NCBI GenBank assembly: GCA_947478955.1
Contig: CANJXJ010000002.1
Location: 1,926 to 65,925, forward strand
DNA: 64,000 nucleotides
Source of the DNA: Alphaproteobacteria bacterium
GTDB taxonomy: Bacteria > Pseudomonadota > Alphaproteobacteria > Paracaedibacterales > CAITNM01
Direction of reading: 5' to 3'
Position 1 is the stretch's first letter. Every line of letters begins with the position of its first letter. Below, piece after piece: positions 8,903 to 19,013 of the stretch. Under the pieces are notes generated by a model. The model saw only the letters and a list, made by a program, of their open reading frames with translations. It had not been told where the DNA came from and did no database searches. Both the position numbers and the translations under genes were made by a program.

Positions 8903-10720
8903 CTAATGCTTATTGCTATTAAACATATTCTCAAGCTGCTGAGAGAACTGTTCATATTTTGTGCGTGCTGCATCTAAACGAGCAGCTTGCGCTGTCCATT
9001 TTTTTTCAATACGTTCAGCTTCTTTTTCTGCCTTTTCAACTTGTCCTTTTAATTTGTCATTTAATTGCCGCACTCGCCTTACTTCAGTAGCAAATTCTCC
9101 AGTAGTTTTGTCTAGGATTGAATCTAATTTTTTAGTAACCTTATCTGCTATACCTTGAGTTGCAACGAGTGTGAAAACTTTAGACTGCCCATCGGTTAAG
9201 GTGTTTCCTGAGTATCCTATAGAAATGTTTTGAAACACGCTATCAGCAGGGCCTTCAAGGCGGTAAGCACTTGTTTGTAAAACATCTCCCGTATCAACCG
9301 TTCCGCATACAAATTTTGCGTAGTACTCGTCACCGGTTCTTTTAAATGTAACTGTTATTGTTTCTCCGGCGATTGAGTCGGACAACGAAGGCCCCAGATC
9401 CCATACACGAAAATCAGTGTTAGAAACTACCGGATAGTTCCCAAACAATTTTTTGACTTTTTCAAAGTTATTAGTAATTGCGGACAAAAGCTTATTACTA
9501 TCAATTATCGCATATGTTCCAGCTTGAAAGCCGGTGGCGGCTTCATCATCTTCCAGGCCAATATCTTGCCATGAAAAATAATCTCCACTGGAGCCGCCTA
9601 CAAGGGTAGCGTTAAAAATTGTGTCCAATTGCTCACTGAGACGCTTAATTAAGGGCGAGCGTAGCATAGAAGCTTCTGGATCGAGGGGGTTTCCTTCATT
9701 GTCTACCATTAGGTTTCTATTTAAAACCTCACGAAGTTCATTATATTGTTTAAATAGTGAAACAATTTTATCAACTACGACTTTTGAATTTTCAGTAAGA
9801 CTAATATTTAAATTGTCATAGGTAGCGCCGCTATTTAATGTCGGGCACAATAGTTTTAAGGTAACCCCAGGAATTAAACCGGTGACAGTATTAGAGTCAA
9901 AATAATAGGTCTTAGTTACCAGCCCGTCTTCACCTGACTTTACATCATATTCAATTTTTGCCTTTATTTCGTTAAGATCTGCTAATGGTGCAACATTAAT
10001 TCCAAAATTTGTTGCTAAAAGTCCGTCAGTGTCAGTGAAAGTAAGAGCAGTGGCAAGCGTAGTTCCATTGATAATTAGGTTAAATTTTGAGGTTGAGCCA
10101 TCTTGGATAACCTGTGCTTGCACGCTTGCCTGGGCATTATTAATATTTGAAACGATATTGTTTAGGCTCTCAGTGGCTACCACTGTAATAGGTATGCCAT
10201 TAATTATAAAGGTACCAGCAAGGTTTAGAGCTGTAGTAGCATCAGTAATCTCAGTTGCGGCTTGGTCTTTAATATATTCGCTACTAATTCTGGAATCAAC
10301 CGTAGCAAGCTGCTTTATGCGAATTGCCATTGAGTTTGTTGTGGCTTTGGCAACTCTATTATCAATGGTTACATCCACATAATTTGATTGAGTATATTCT
10401 CCTGACTTTACTACTGTGGCTTGCAAATCTTTAAATGCATTAGGCGTAGTAGATATCACTCCAAGGTAATTACTAAGTGCTACTGCATCACTACGCAAGG
10501 TCTGGATTTTTGTTTGCAACTCAGAAATTGCAGGAATAACTACAGTTTTATTTTTTTCTATAGCGGCACTTTGCTTTTTGACACCTGCAAGTGTTGCTTC
10601 TTTGAGTTGTTCAGCAACTTCAAGTGGATCAAAACCATCAATTTTTCGTCCCATACGTACAGGTTTTTTACCCGAAGGGTCAATAATAGCCTTACCCATA
10701 GCGAATGTGGATCCGGACAT
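8903..10720 (-). CDS. fliD: Flagellar filament capping protein FliD (hook-associated protein 2)
   Basis: The protein is 605 aa with coiled-coil N- and C-terminal parts (...KTVVIPAISELQTKIQTLRSDAVAL... and ...RLDAARTKYEQFSQQLENMF) flanking a T/N/I-rich beta-type middle region. A fliS-like gene lies downstream. Confidence 0.75.
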   Translation of the reverse strand: MSGSTFAMGKAIIDPSGKKPVRMGRKIDGFDPLEVAEQLKEATLAGVKKQSAAIEKNKTVVIPAISELQTKIQTLRSDAVALSNYLGVISTTPNAFKDLQATVVKSGEYTQSNYVDVTIDNRVAKATTNSMAIRIKQLATVDSRISSEYIKDQAATEITDATTALNLAGTFIINGIPITVVATESLNNIVSNINNAQASVQAQVIQDGSTSKFNLIINGTTLATALTFTDTDGLLATNFGINVAPLADLNEIKAKIEYDVKSGEDGLVTKTYYFDSNTVTGLIPGVTLKLLCPTLNSGATYDNLNISLTENSKVVVDKIVSLFKQYNELREVLNRNLMVDNEGNPLDPEASMLRSPLIKRLSEQLDTIFNATLVGGSSGDYFSWQDIGLEDDEAATGFQAGTYAIIDSNKLLSAITNNFEKVKKLFGNYPVVSNTDFRVWDLGPSLSDSIAGETITVTFKRTGDEYYAKFVCGTVDTGDVLQTSAYRLEGPADSVFQNISIGYSGNTLTDGQSKVFTLVATQGIADKVTKKLDSILDKTTGEFATEVRRVRQLNDKLKGQVEKAEKEAERIEKKWTAQAARLDAARTKYEQFSQQLENMFNSNKH

Positions 10721-10754
10721 ATAGGATACCTAATATTTGTGTTGTATTTTTATA

Positions 10755-10770
10755 TACAAGAATCATGCCA
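10755..10770 (-). promoter_or_regulatory. Weak sigma-54-like -24/-12 element upstream of fliD
   Basis: The minus strand reads TGGCAT-gattc-TTGTA, against the consensus TGGCAC-N5-TTGCA, about 45 nt upstream of the fliD ATG. The -12 dinucleotide is GT rather than GC. Confidence 0.2.
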
Positions 10771-10848
10771 AGAGAAATTATGCTTTCAAGAGCAGATGAG
10801 AAATTTTAAAAGGAGCTGTTTCCTTTCTGTGAACCGGAAAAAGCGCTT

Positions 10849-11445
10849 TTAAGCAACCTTGTAGCGGTGAGTAAGGGCGGTAGCTAGGGTCCCGTCATCA
10901 AGGTAATCTAGCTCACCGCCGACTGGCACGCCGTGGGCTAGACTTGAAATATTATCTACATAAGGGGAAATACGTTCCCGTATATAGTGCATAGTAGTTT
11001 GTCCATCAAGGGTGGCGCTTAGGGCAAAAATTGCCTCTTGAAAGGGAGTGGTTTGAATTTTTGTCAGGAGGGGCTGCAGGTTTAATTGATCAGGGCCTAT
11101 GCCTTGTATGGCTGACAAATTACCTCCTAAAACAAAATATTGCCCGCGGTAGGTATTAGAGCGCTCCATCGCCCACAGGTCGCTCACTGATTCGACAATA
11201 CATAGGGTGTGGGAATCGCGTTTAGGATCACGGCATAAACTGCAGGTGGTATGAGTATCAAGATTAAAACAGCTTTGGCAAGTTTGAATGGTTTTGTAAG
11301 CATTGCCAATCGCTTCAATAAGCGGTGCCATGTGAGATTCTTTTTTTTGCAAAAGATGCAATGCTGCCCTTCGTCCTGATCGGGGGCCAAGGCCTGGAAG
11401 GCGGCTTAGAAGCTGGATCAGTCGTTGAATTTCAGCGCTGTTCAT
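10849..11445 (-). CDS. recR: Recombination protein RecR
   Basis: Motifs are LIQLLSRLPGLGPRSGRRAA (helix-hairpin-helix), the C4 zinc finger CQSC...CSLC, and a Toprim region. I preferred the ATG at 11445 over the TTG at 11460. Confidence 0.93.
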   Translation of the reverse strand: MNSAEIQRLIQLLSRLPGLGPRSGRRAALHLLQKKESHMAPLIEAIGNAYKTIQTCQSCFNLDTHTTCSLCRDPKRDSHTLCIVESVSDLWAMERSNTYRGQYFVLGGNLSAIQGIGPDQLNLQPLLTKIQTTPFQEAIFALSATLDGQTTMHYIRERISPYVDNISSLAHGVPVGGELDYLDDGTLATALTHRYKVA

Positions 11446-11481
11446 TGTAAAGTTTTGCAATACACATAGTATTTAAGTAGC

Positions 11482-12393
11482 ATGGTTTTAATGGTTGAGA
11501 CTAGTCCCATTCGTATTGGTACACGCAAGTCTGCTTTGGCTATGGTTCAAGCTCAACAGGTGATTGCTGCTTTAGCGGTGGCTTGTGAAATTATTCCTAT
11601 CATTAGTTCAGGTGATAAGGTTGCTGGGCCGTTACGTGACCATGGGGGAAAGTCTCTTTTTACGAAAGAGCTTGATTTAGCCTTGTTACAGGGCGAAATA
11701 GATTTGGCTGTCCATTCAATGAAAGATGTGGAAACTCCTTTGCCAGAAGCTCTTGAAATAGCCGCCGTACCTGATCGAGAAGATCCGCGCGAGGTGCTGA
11801 TTACTAATCCCTGTTTGAAACAAGAAAATTTCGAAACAGGCATGACAATTGGCACATCATCTTTGCGTCGTGCGCATCAACTAACCTTGCATTATCCCAA
11901 TATTACGATTATGCCCTGTCGAGGTAATATTCAAACCCGTTTGCAAAAATATAGCAATAGAGACTTTGATGGAATTATTCTGGCCCTTGCCGGTTTAAAA
12001 CGGATGGAGATTTTTAATAATGGAATAATTGAGGGCATACAAGCGAATGTGCAAGTGCTGGATATTAATAAGTATATACCAGCGCCAGGGCAAGGGGCAT
12101 TGGTGGTGGTTAAACGAACCAATGATCATCGATTCAATGATATCTTAAAAATAGTCAATCACCCGGATAGTTTGCTGGCGATTCAAATTGAGCGTGCCGT
12201 GGTTGACGCTTTAAATCTTACTTGCCATGACCCCGTGGGAGTGTATTCAAAGGTTAGCGGCAATGAATTTTTTGTAAATTTTATATTATTTACAGCACAT
12301 GGTTTTGTGGAGCAAATGATTCAAGGACCCTTGGAAAATCAACAACAGTTGATTCAAGATTTTGTTGAGCGCGTATCCAAATTCAGAAGGTAA
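11482..12393 (+). CDS. hemC: Porphobilinogen deaminase (hydroxymethylbilane synthase)
   Basis: Motifs are IRIGTRKSALAMVQA, DLAVHSMKDV, GTSSLRR and APGQGAL. Confidence 0.92.
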   Translation: MVLMVETSPIRIGTRKSALAMVQAQQVIAALAVACEIIPIISSGDKVAGPLRDHGGKSLFTKELDLALLQGEIDLAVHSMKDVETPLPEALEIAAVPDREDPREVLITNPCLKQENFETGMTIGTSSLRRAHQLTLHYPNITIMPCRGNIQTRLQKYSNRDFDGIILALAGLKRMEIFNNGIIEGIQANVQVLDINKYIPAPGQGALVVVKRTNDHRFNDILKIVNHPDSLLAIQIERAVVDALNLTCHDPVGVYSKVSGNEFFVNFILFTAHGFVEQMIQGPLENQQQLIQDFVERVSKFRR

Positions 12394-12466
12394 ATCAACA
12401 CAGATGTAAAAATCTCTTGCGAGTTTGGAAAAAGCCTGTAATATTCTCCTATGTATTCACTATTGT

Positions 12467-12556
12467 GGATGGGTGGCCGAGCGGTTTAAGGCACCGGTCT
12501 TGAAAACCGGCGAGGGTGTGAGCTCTCCGTGAGTTCGAATCTCACCCCATCCGCCA
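12467..12556 (+). tRNA. tRNA-Ser (anticodon UGA), with CCA encoded
   Basis: The acceptor stem is GGATGGG/CCCATCC. The anticodon arm CCGGT-CTTGAAA-ACCGG gives anticodon TGA. There is a long variable arm, a T arm GAGTTCGAATCTC, and a 3' GCCA. Confidence 0.93.
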
Positions 12557-12765
12557 CCCTGCGCTAAGGCTTCGGGTGGTAAGTTATGGATTTGTTATAT
12601 TTTTCTCGAAGTAATTCTGCGGGAAGTTTTTACAAAGCTTCTAGTACAGGAGTATCGACCGAAGTGTTTATCAAAGCCTTGCGCAAAGATAAACTAATTT
12701 CATGTTTCAAATAGTTGAGTTTAATGATTGTATCGTTACATCGACAGTTATTCAGAATAAGAAGC

Positions 12766-13992
12766 ATGATTCGTTTTTACCGAAATCCTGTATTTTTATG
12801 CCTAATGGCCATGGGTTTTACCAGTGGAATACCATTCTTACTTACCCTTTCAACTTTAAGTATTTGGCTTTCCGAATGTGGATTTGACACCAAAGCGATT
12901 GGTATATTTACCGCCGTAAGCTTGCCCTATGCCTTTAAATTTTTATGGGCACCGTTAATTGATAAAGTGAAACTTCCAATTTTTTTAAGTTTGCATCCCA
13001 TTAAGCGATTTGGGTTGTTAGCAGTGCTATGCCTTATTGCTAGTTTGGTTTTGCTAGCTCAGCTTGATCCTGTTGAAAATCTTATGGGAGTTGTCTTTGC
13101 TGCTACCTCTGTAAGTTTTTTTGCAGCAACCCACGATATCGTGCTGGATGCATTGCGTATTTATGCATCTGACCCTAGGCAAGTCGGCGGAGGAGCTGCG
13201 TCAGAATCAATTGGTTTTCGTATAGGCATGATCACATCGGGCGCAGGGGCTGTGTATTTATCTTTGTGGGTAGGATGGCAGGGGGCATATATCGCTATGG
13301 CAATGTGTTGCGCTGCTGGAATTTTTGGGTTGCTCCATATGCCTGATCCACCTTCCCAAAACCACAAAAGCAAAAGCAATAATTTTTGGCAAGAAACCTT
13401 TCTCAATCCTCTGATGGACTTATTAAAAGCTCCGGTTTTTGTACCACTTATTGGGTTTATTTTAACCATTAAAATCGCGGGAACGGTAATGAATGCTCTA
13501 GGAGCACCATTTTTATTTTCCTTGGGGTTTTCTAAGCTTGAATATGCATCTATTACAAAAATTTATGGTGTTGGAATGATGTTGTTTGGCAGTTTTGCAG
13601 GTGGATTAATTGTGCATCGCCGGGGTACTGTATTTTGCTTAAAGCTATCCACCGTATTGCAAATGCTGGCGTGCACATTCTTTGCTGTATTGGCATCACT
13701 GGGGCAGCATCATGTTGATTTACTTATCTTAACGCTAAGCATTGAAAGTTTTTCTTCAGGGCTTTTGGCCACCGGGTTCATTAGTTATTTGTCGTTATTT
13801 TGCAAAAGCCCCTATGTGGCTAGCCATTTTACGTTGTTGTATTCTTTGGGATCATTATCACGCGTGCTTGCATCGATTGGGGCCGGCTATGTGGCAGCAC
13901 ACTTTGGCTGGGTAGTATTGTTTTTGGCATCCTCAGCAACCTTATTGCCGGCATTGTGGTATTTGCAAAGGATGTTGGAACGAGAGAGTTAG
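12766..13992 (+). CDS. ampG: AmpG-family MFS muropeptide permease
   Basis: It is a multi-TM protein with an N-terminal FLCLMAMGFTSGIPFLLTLSTLSIWL and then LPYAFKFLWAPLIDK, which is the AmpG pattern. The start is uncertain: in-frame candidates are TTG at 12715 and ATG at 12724 or 12766. Confidence 0.8.
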   Translation: MIRFYRNPVFLCLMAMGFTSGIPFLLTLSTLSIWLSECGFDTKAIGIFTAVSLPYAFKFLWAPLIDKVKLPIFLSLHPIKRFGLLAVLCLIASLVLLAQLDPVENLMGVVFAATSVSFFAATHDIVLDALRIYASDPRQVGGGAASESIGFRIGMITSGAGAVYLSLWVGWQGAYIAMAMCCAAGIFGLLHMPDPPSQNHKSKSNNFWQETFLNPLMDLLKAPVFVPLIGFILTIKIAGTVMNALGAPFLFSLGFSKLEYASITKIYGVGMMLFGSFAGGLIVHRRGTVFCLKLSTVLQMLACTFFAVLASLGQHHVDLLILTLSIESFSSGLLATGFISYLSLFCKSPYVASHFTLLYSLGSLSRVLASIGAGYVAAHFGWVVLFLASSATLLPALWYLQRMLERES

Positions 13993-14184
13993 CCATTGCT
14001 TTGCATTGTCTGGACTTAAGTCTATCAACACCTTCAATAGATATTTTTACAGCTTCTTATTTTTAGTGTCTGGCAACTTTGCCATTGGAGAAATTTTTAA
14101 AGCGCGCCTACATATTTAAATTCAGACTTGTTTAAACTTAGCGCTGCTTATGTTAAGGTGTTAATCATTTGAACTTTATTTGCG

Positions 14185-16479
14185 ATGCGTATTTTTCCTC
14201 AAAATTTTATCCAAGGCGTATTTTTAAGCCTTAAGGATTTGTATATTGTTGTTATGGCAGGGGGCGCATTATTATCCTTTTTAGCAATTAAAAGCTATTC
14301 AATTTTCGATAATTCCATTAATGCCTCGGCGCCTCAGGTAACTAAAAACTGGTTAGGGTGGGGAGGAGCATATTTTGCTGACGTGTGTTGGCAATTCCTT
14401 GGAATTTTTGCGTACGCAGTCCCTTTTATTTTAGGGTTGCTTGCTCTGCGAGCAGCGACGAGTTATTTTAGTCGATCTTTTTCCTGTTCCTTTGGGCTTC
14501 TTACATTTGGAATTTTTCAATTTCTGATCGCCTTTACCTATTATCAAAATTTTGTAATGAGCGGATTTAAACCGGTGGGCGGGGCGTTAGGTTTAGTGAT
14601 TCTTAAAAGCTTGGAAAATTTTCTAGATACATATCAACTAAAAGAGTGGCTTGAAGAATTTGTGTTTGTGACAGGGCTGAGTGGATTCTTTTGCATGGTT
14701 TTTGGGCTGGGTATTACGGAAGCTCATATAAAAGGTATAAGGATAATTTTTAAAAAAATTATCACATGGGGGCAATCAAGATTTACGGCATCTGATGAAT
14801 ATATATTTCAACGACCTGCATTTTTTAATAAAAATATACAAGTTACTTCTGAACCAGCAATTGACCCTTCTACAAACCCCAATGACTCTATTGAAGATGG
14901 TTCTTCAGAAAATCTTATGCAGAAATACGGGGAGACTAAAAAACCTAAATCTCATGATTTTATAAAAAAACTTCATAAAGCAGCCAACGCTAGAGAGGAT
15001 GGTTATGTTTATCCCCCGGTTGAGTTGCTTGACGATACCCAACAGAAAAAGATCATAGTTGATTCTCAGGATCTTCAGCAACAGGCTGCAAAGCTTATGG
15101 AAGTTTTGCAGGAATTTGGAATTAACGGCGAAATCACAAGTATTCGTTCTGGACCAGTTGTGACCATGTATGAATTAAAGCCGGCGGCAGGCATTAAAAC
15201 TGCAAGGGTTATCGGTTTGGCAGATGATATTGCTCGGTCGATGAGTGCTATTTCTGCACGTATTGCAACAGTGCCTGGACAAAATGTAATTGGAATTGAG
15301 TTGCCAAATGCTAAGAAGCAGACTGTTTATATGCGTGACCTGTTGTTGCAAAGTGAATTTAAGAATGCAACGGCCATATTGCCTTTGGTATTGGGCCAAG
15401 ACATTGTTGGTGTGCCAATTATTGCTGACTTGGCTAAAATGCCCCACTTGTTGGTAGCGGGGACAACCGGATCAGGTAAGTCTGTTTCGGTTAATGCCAT
15501 GATTTTATCTATTTTGTTTAGGTTATCTCCCGATGAATGTCGTTTCATTATGATTGATCCTAAAATGCTCGAGCTTTCTGTTTACAACGATATTCCGCAT
15601 TTGTTAACGCCTGTGGTGACAGAACCTAAAAAAGCCATTGTTGCGCTGAAATGGGCAGTTAAGGAGATGGAAAACCGTTACCGAAACATGGCAAAGCTTG
15701 GGGTGCGTAACATTGACGGATATAATACGCGGCTCAAAGAAGCTAAGGAAAAAGGAGAAATTATTGCAAGACGTGTGCAAACTGGTTTTGATCCAGATAC
15801 GGGTCAGGCAATTTTTGAAAATCAGGTGCTTGATTTAAAACCATTGCCCTATATTATTATCGTGATTGATGAAATGGCTGATCTAATGATTGTGGCTGGC
15901 AAGGAAGTTGAAGCTGCGGTCCAACGTTTGGCACAGATGGCTCGTGCTGCAGGGCTTCATTTAATTATGGCAACTCAGCGTCCCTCAGTGGATGTGATTA
16001 CAGGTACTATTAAAGCAAACTTTCCCACCCGGATTAGTTTCCAAGTAACATCTAAAATTGATAGCCGAACAATTTTGGGTGAACAGGGGGCGGAACAGCT
16101 TTTAGGACAAGGTGATATGCTATATATGAGTGGGGTAGGGCGCACAATCCGTGTGCACGGACCATTCATGAAGGATACCGAAGTAGAAACAGTAGTGGCC
16201 TTTTTGAAGGAGCAAGGTGAACCAGCTTACGTGGATGATGTCACTGTTGATACGGAAGATATGTTTTCTTTGGCGGGCGACACAGGAGAGGGGGGTGACC
16301 CAATGTTTGCACAGGCTGTAGAATTAATTAAGCGAGAACAAAAAATTTCAACAAGCTTTATCCAGCGTCACTTTCAAATAGGATATAATAAGGCTGCGCG
16401 TATTGTTGAGCAGATGGAAAAACAGGGAATTGTAAGTGCTGCTAATCACCAAGGTAAGCGGGAAATACTTGTATCTTAA
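14185..16479 (+). CDS. ftsK: DNA translocase FtsK
   Basis: It has N-terminal TM helices and a linker. The motor domain carries Walker A (GTTGSGKS), VIDEMADL and ATQRPS. The C-terminal gamma domain reads ISTSFIQRHFQIGYNKAARIVEQME. Confidence 0.95.
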   Translation: MRIFPQNFIQGVFLSLKDLYIVVMAGGALLSFLAIKSYSIFDNSINASAPQVTKNWLGWGGAYFADVCWQFLGIFAYAVPFILGLLALRAATSYFSRSFSCSFGLLTFGIFQFLIAFTYYQNFVMSGFKPVGGALGLVILKSLENFLDTYQLKEWLEEFVFVTGLSGFFCMVFGLGITEAHIKGIRIIFKKIITWGQSRFTASDEYIFQRPAFFNKNIQVTSEPAIDPSTNPNDSIEDGSSENLMQKYGETKKPKSHDFIKKLHKAANAREDGYVYPPVELLDDTQQKKIIVDSQDLQQQAAKLMEVLQEFGINGEITSIRSGPVVTMYELKPAAGIKTARVIGLADDIARSMSAISARIATVPGQNVIGIELPNAKKQTVYMRDLLLQSEFKNATAILPLVLGQDIVGVPIIADLAKMPHLLVAGTTGSGKSVSVNAMILSILFRLSPDECRFIMIDPKMLELSVYNDIPHLLTPVVTEPKKAIVALKWAVKEMENRYRNMAKLGVRNIDGYNTRLKEAKEKGEIIARRVQTGFDPDTGQAIFENQVLDLKPLPYIIIVIDEMADLMIVAGKEVEAAVQRLAQMARAAGLHLIMATQRPSVDVITGTIKANFPTRISFQVTSKIDSRTILGEQGAEQLLGQGDMLYMSGVGRTIRVHGPFMKDTEVETVVAFLKEQGEPAYVDDVTVDTEDMFSLAGDTGEGGDPMFAQAVELIKREQKISTSFIQRHFQIGYNKAARIVEQMEKQGIVSAANHQGKREILVS

Positions 16480-16563
16480 AACTAGCTTCGGTATAATGCA
16501 TAGAAACCTTGCAAGGGTTTCAGCGGATTGTATTAATTTAAAAATAACGGTTATAGTAGGTTC

Positions 16564-17169
16564 ATGAGAGACGATTTTAGCCAAGCCAATCGCTCACAAA
16601 TGACAGTGAGTTTTATGCCCCCAAGAACAATTGTTTTGGTTGGGTTGATGGGTAGTGGAAAAACAAGCATCGGAAAGCGTTTAGCAAACAGGTTAGAGCT
16701 TTCTTTTTTTGATTCAGACCTTGAGGTTGAGCAGGCAGCTGGTTATCCGATTAAGGAAATTTATGAAATTTTTGGCGAGCAAGCTTTTCTCGATGGAGAA
16801 CAGCGCGTTATTAAACGTTTGCTTGATCAACCAACTCATGTGTTAGCAACAGGGGGCGGGTCTTTTACTTATGATCCCACAAGGAAAATTGTTAAAGAAA
16901 AAGCTATTTCTGTTTGGTTGAAAGCTGATATTAATACCTTGGTTGCAAGAGTATCTCGGCGCACGGATCGTCCTATGTTCAATGATTCTAATCATCAAGA
17001 GGTTTTAGAAAAGTTGATCGCTGAGCGGTATCCAATCTTTGAAGAAGCTGATGTTCATGTCCAAACTTTGGATGAGCCGACGAATGCTACGGTTGATCGT
17101 GTTATTCAGGCAATGAGTGATTTCATTCGGGCGAAATATCCAAACTACTATGTTTTAAAATCTGTATAA
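16564..17169 (+). CDS. aroK: Shikimate kinase
   Basis: IVLVGLMGSGKTSIGKRLA is the Walker A motif, followed by FFDSD and ATGGG. The true start may be the ATG at 16600. Confidence 0.9.
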   Translation: MRDDFSQANRSQMTVSFMPPRTIVLVGLMGSGKTSIGKRLANRLELSFFDSDLEVEQAAGYPIKEIYEIFGEQAFLDGEQRVIKRLLDQPTHVLATGGGSFTYDPTRKIVKEKAISVWLKADINTLVARVSRRTDRPMFNDSNHQEVLEKLIAERYPIFEEADVHVQTLDEPTNATVDRVIQAMSDFIRAKYPNYYVLKSV

Positions 17170-17200
17170 TTACATAGAAGTATTGGGTTAGGGGAAGGGC

Positions 17201-17731
17201 ATGTTTTTAAGAAACCTATCCTGTCTTGTTGTGCTAGTAGCTATGGCGTGCAATGCAGCAACATCACCTGCATCTAAGCCAAAAGACTATATTCTTGATA
17301 ATCTAAAACATTTACACAAGCTTGTCAGGAAGAAGAAGTCAGCAAAGCCAGTTCTCCCCTTGGGCATTTTATTTGACGAGTATGTAGATGACACGAAAGA
17401 ATTATTAAAGATTTTAGATGAACAAAGCCTAAACGAAAAACAGGACGCAAAAAAAGAAGAAGTCGTAAAACAAATTGCCCATTACATGGCGGTGCTACAA
17501 AAGCTTTTAACAATCATGAATAGTAATCAACCGGAACCCCTTAAAACTTATTGCCACGCTGAGCGAGGGGATGCTTTATGGGGAAGTTTGTGTGGTGATC
17601 GTCCTGCAAAACGTGTGTTACGTCCTGAAAGGCTTCTTAAAAAATATGAGAACGAGCAAGCGTCTGGTCTTGTCAAAATTCACTATGCCGATGAAGATGA
17701 TAATCTTCAATTAGATATGGGTAAGCAATAA
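17201..17731 (+). CDS. Hypothetical exported protein or lipoprotein
   Basis: It has a leader (MFLRNLSCLVVLVAMACNA) and I recognised no domain. The stop codon is 1 nt before the next gene's start, which suggests co-transcription. Confidence 0.55.
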   Translation: MFLRNLSCLVVLVAMACNAATSPASKPKDYILDNLKHLHKLVRKKKSAKPVLPLGILFDEYVDDTKELLKILDEQSLNEKQDAKKEEVVKQIAHYMAVLQKLLTIMNSNQPEPLKTYCHAERGDALWGSLCGDRPAKRVLRPERLLKKYENEQASGLVKIHYADEDDNLQLDMGKQ

Positions 17732-17732
17732 C

Positions 17733-19013
17733 ATGCTAACCCTTTTTATTATCTTCTTTGTTTTGCTCTTAAGTTCTTCTTTTTTTTCAGCATCTGAAAC
17801 AGCAATTACGTTTGCGTCCAGAGCTAAGTTGCATCAACTTGCAAAAGCTGGAAATAAATCAGCAAAAATTATTCGTGATTTACAGCAACGCCTCAGCATG
17901 GTAATTAGCGCTCTTTTGGCGTATAACACATTGTTAAACGCTGCAATTGCATCAGTAGGTGCCAGTCTAACCTTTGATTTTTTTGGCGAAAACTCAACTA
18001 TGGTAGCTTTTGGTGCATCAATTTTTGCAGGAACAATTGTGTTAGTATTTGCAGAAATGCTTCCAAAAACTTTAGCTGTGCATGATACCATTCGCTTTTT
18101 AATGTTTGCAGCGCCTGGGATTCGTTTTTTTTATAATTTATTTTTGCCTTTCAATAAGGCTTTATCTTTATTTGTTACTTGTTTGCTGAGACTTTTTGGA
18201 TCAAAAGCTACGCAGGAAGATCAACATGCTAGTATGGATGAGCTTCGTGGTGCCATTGATATGCACGATGGGCCGGGCCAAGATACGCCCCATGAAAAAG
18301 CCATGTTAAAAAGTATTTTAGATTTAGGTACTGTGCAGGTTTCTGAAATTATGGTGCATCGACAAAATGTGACTATGGTTAATGCGGATGATTCTCCAAC
18401 AGAAATTGTTGATCAGGTGTTGGCGTGTCCTTATACACGTCTGCCTGTGTGGCAGGGAAATTCCGATAATATTGTGGGGGTTATCAACACAAAAGCATTG
18501 TTGCGTGCGGTGCGTGCACATTCTGGAACATTGGATGATTTAAACATTGTTGATATTGCCCATAAGCCCTGGTTTACTCCTGAGAGCACTGACCTTTTAG
18601 AACAGCTTCATGCTTTTCGTCAGCGACGGGAGCATTTTTCTTTGGTTGTTGATGAGTATGGTGCCCTGATGGGAATCGTAACACTTGAAGATGTTTTAGA
18701 AGAAATTGTCGGTGATATTGCTGACGAACACGATGTTAACGTGCGTGGCGTTCGCCCCCAGCCTGATGGTAGCTTTGTTATCTACGGGAATGTCACTATT
18801 CGTGACTTAAACCGTCAGTTTGATTGGGAGTTGCCAGATGATGCAGCTGCTACTATAGCAGGATTATTGATTACTCAATTTCGCGTGTTGCCGACAGTTG
18901 GCCAAATATTTAATTGGCGTGGGTTCAGATTTGAAATTTTGAGACGTCAACGTAACCAAATTACGTTGGTTAAGGTGACGCCCCCCTTATCCCCTCAGTT
19001 AGTTCGTAAGTAG
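17733..19013 (+). CDS. CNNM/HlyC-CorC family transporter (DUF21, CBS pair and CorC_HlyC domains; TlyC-like)
   Basis: It has N-terminal TM helices with ASETAI, a CBS region (VSEIMVHRQNV...VGVINTKALL), and a C-terminal part with REHFSLVVDEYGALMGIVTLEDVLEEIVG. Confidence 0.9.
   Translation: MLTLFIIFFVLLLSSSFFSASETAITFASRAKLHQLAKAGNKSAKIIRDLQQRLSMVISALLAYNTLLNAAIASVGASLTFDFFGENSTMVAFGASIFAGTIVLVFAEMLPKTLAVHDTIRFLMFAAPGIRFFYNLFLPFNKALSLFVTCLLRLFGSKATQEDQHASMDELRGAIDMHDGPGQDTPHEKAMLKSILDLGTVQVSEIMVHRQNVTMVNADDSPTEIVDQVLACPYTRLPVWQGNSDNIVGVINTKALLRAVRAHSGTLDDLNIVDIAHKPWFTPESTDLLEQLHAFRQRREHFSLVVDEYGALMGIVTLEDVLEEIVGDIADEHDVNVRGVRPQPDGSFVIYGNVTIRDLNRQFDWELPDDAAATIAGLLITQFRVLPTVGQIFNWRGFRFEILRRQRNQITLVKVTPPLSPQLVRK

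Noticed and set aside
10421-10852. The 143-aa plus-strand ORF spanning the fliD start and the recR-fliD gap
   Set aside because: It is mostly antisense to fliD, its sequence is Cys/Phe-rich nonsense, and it has no start context.
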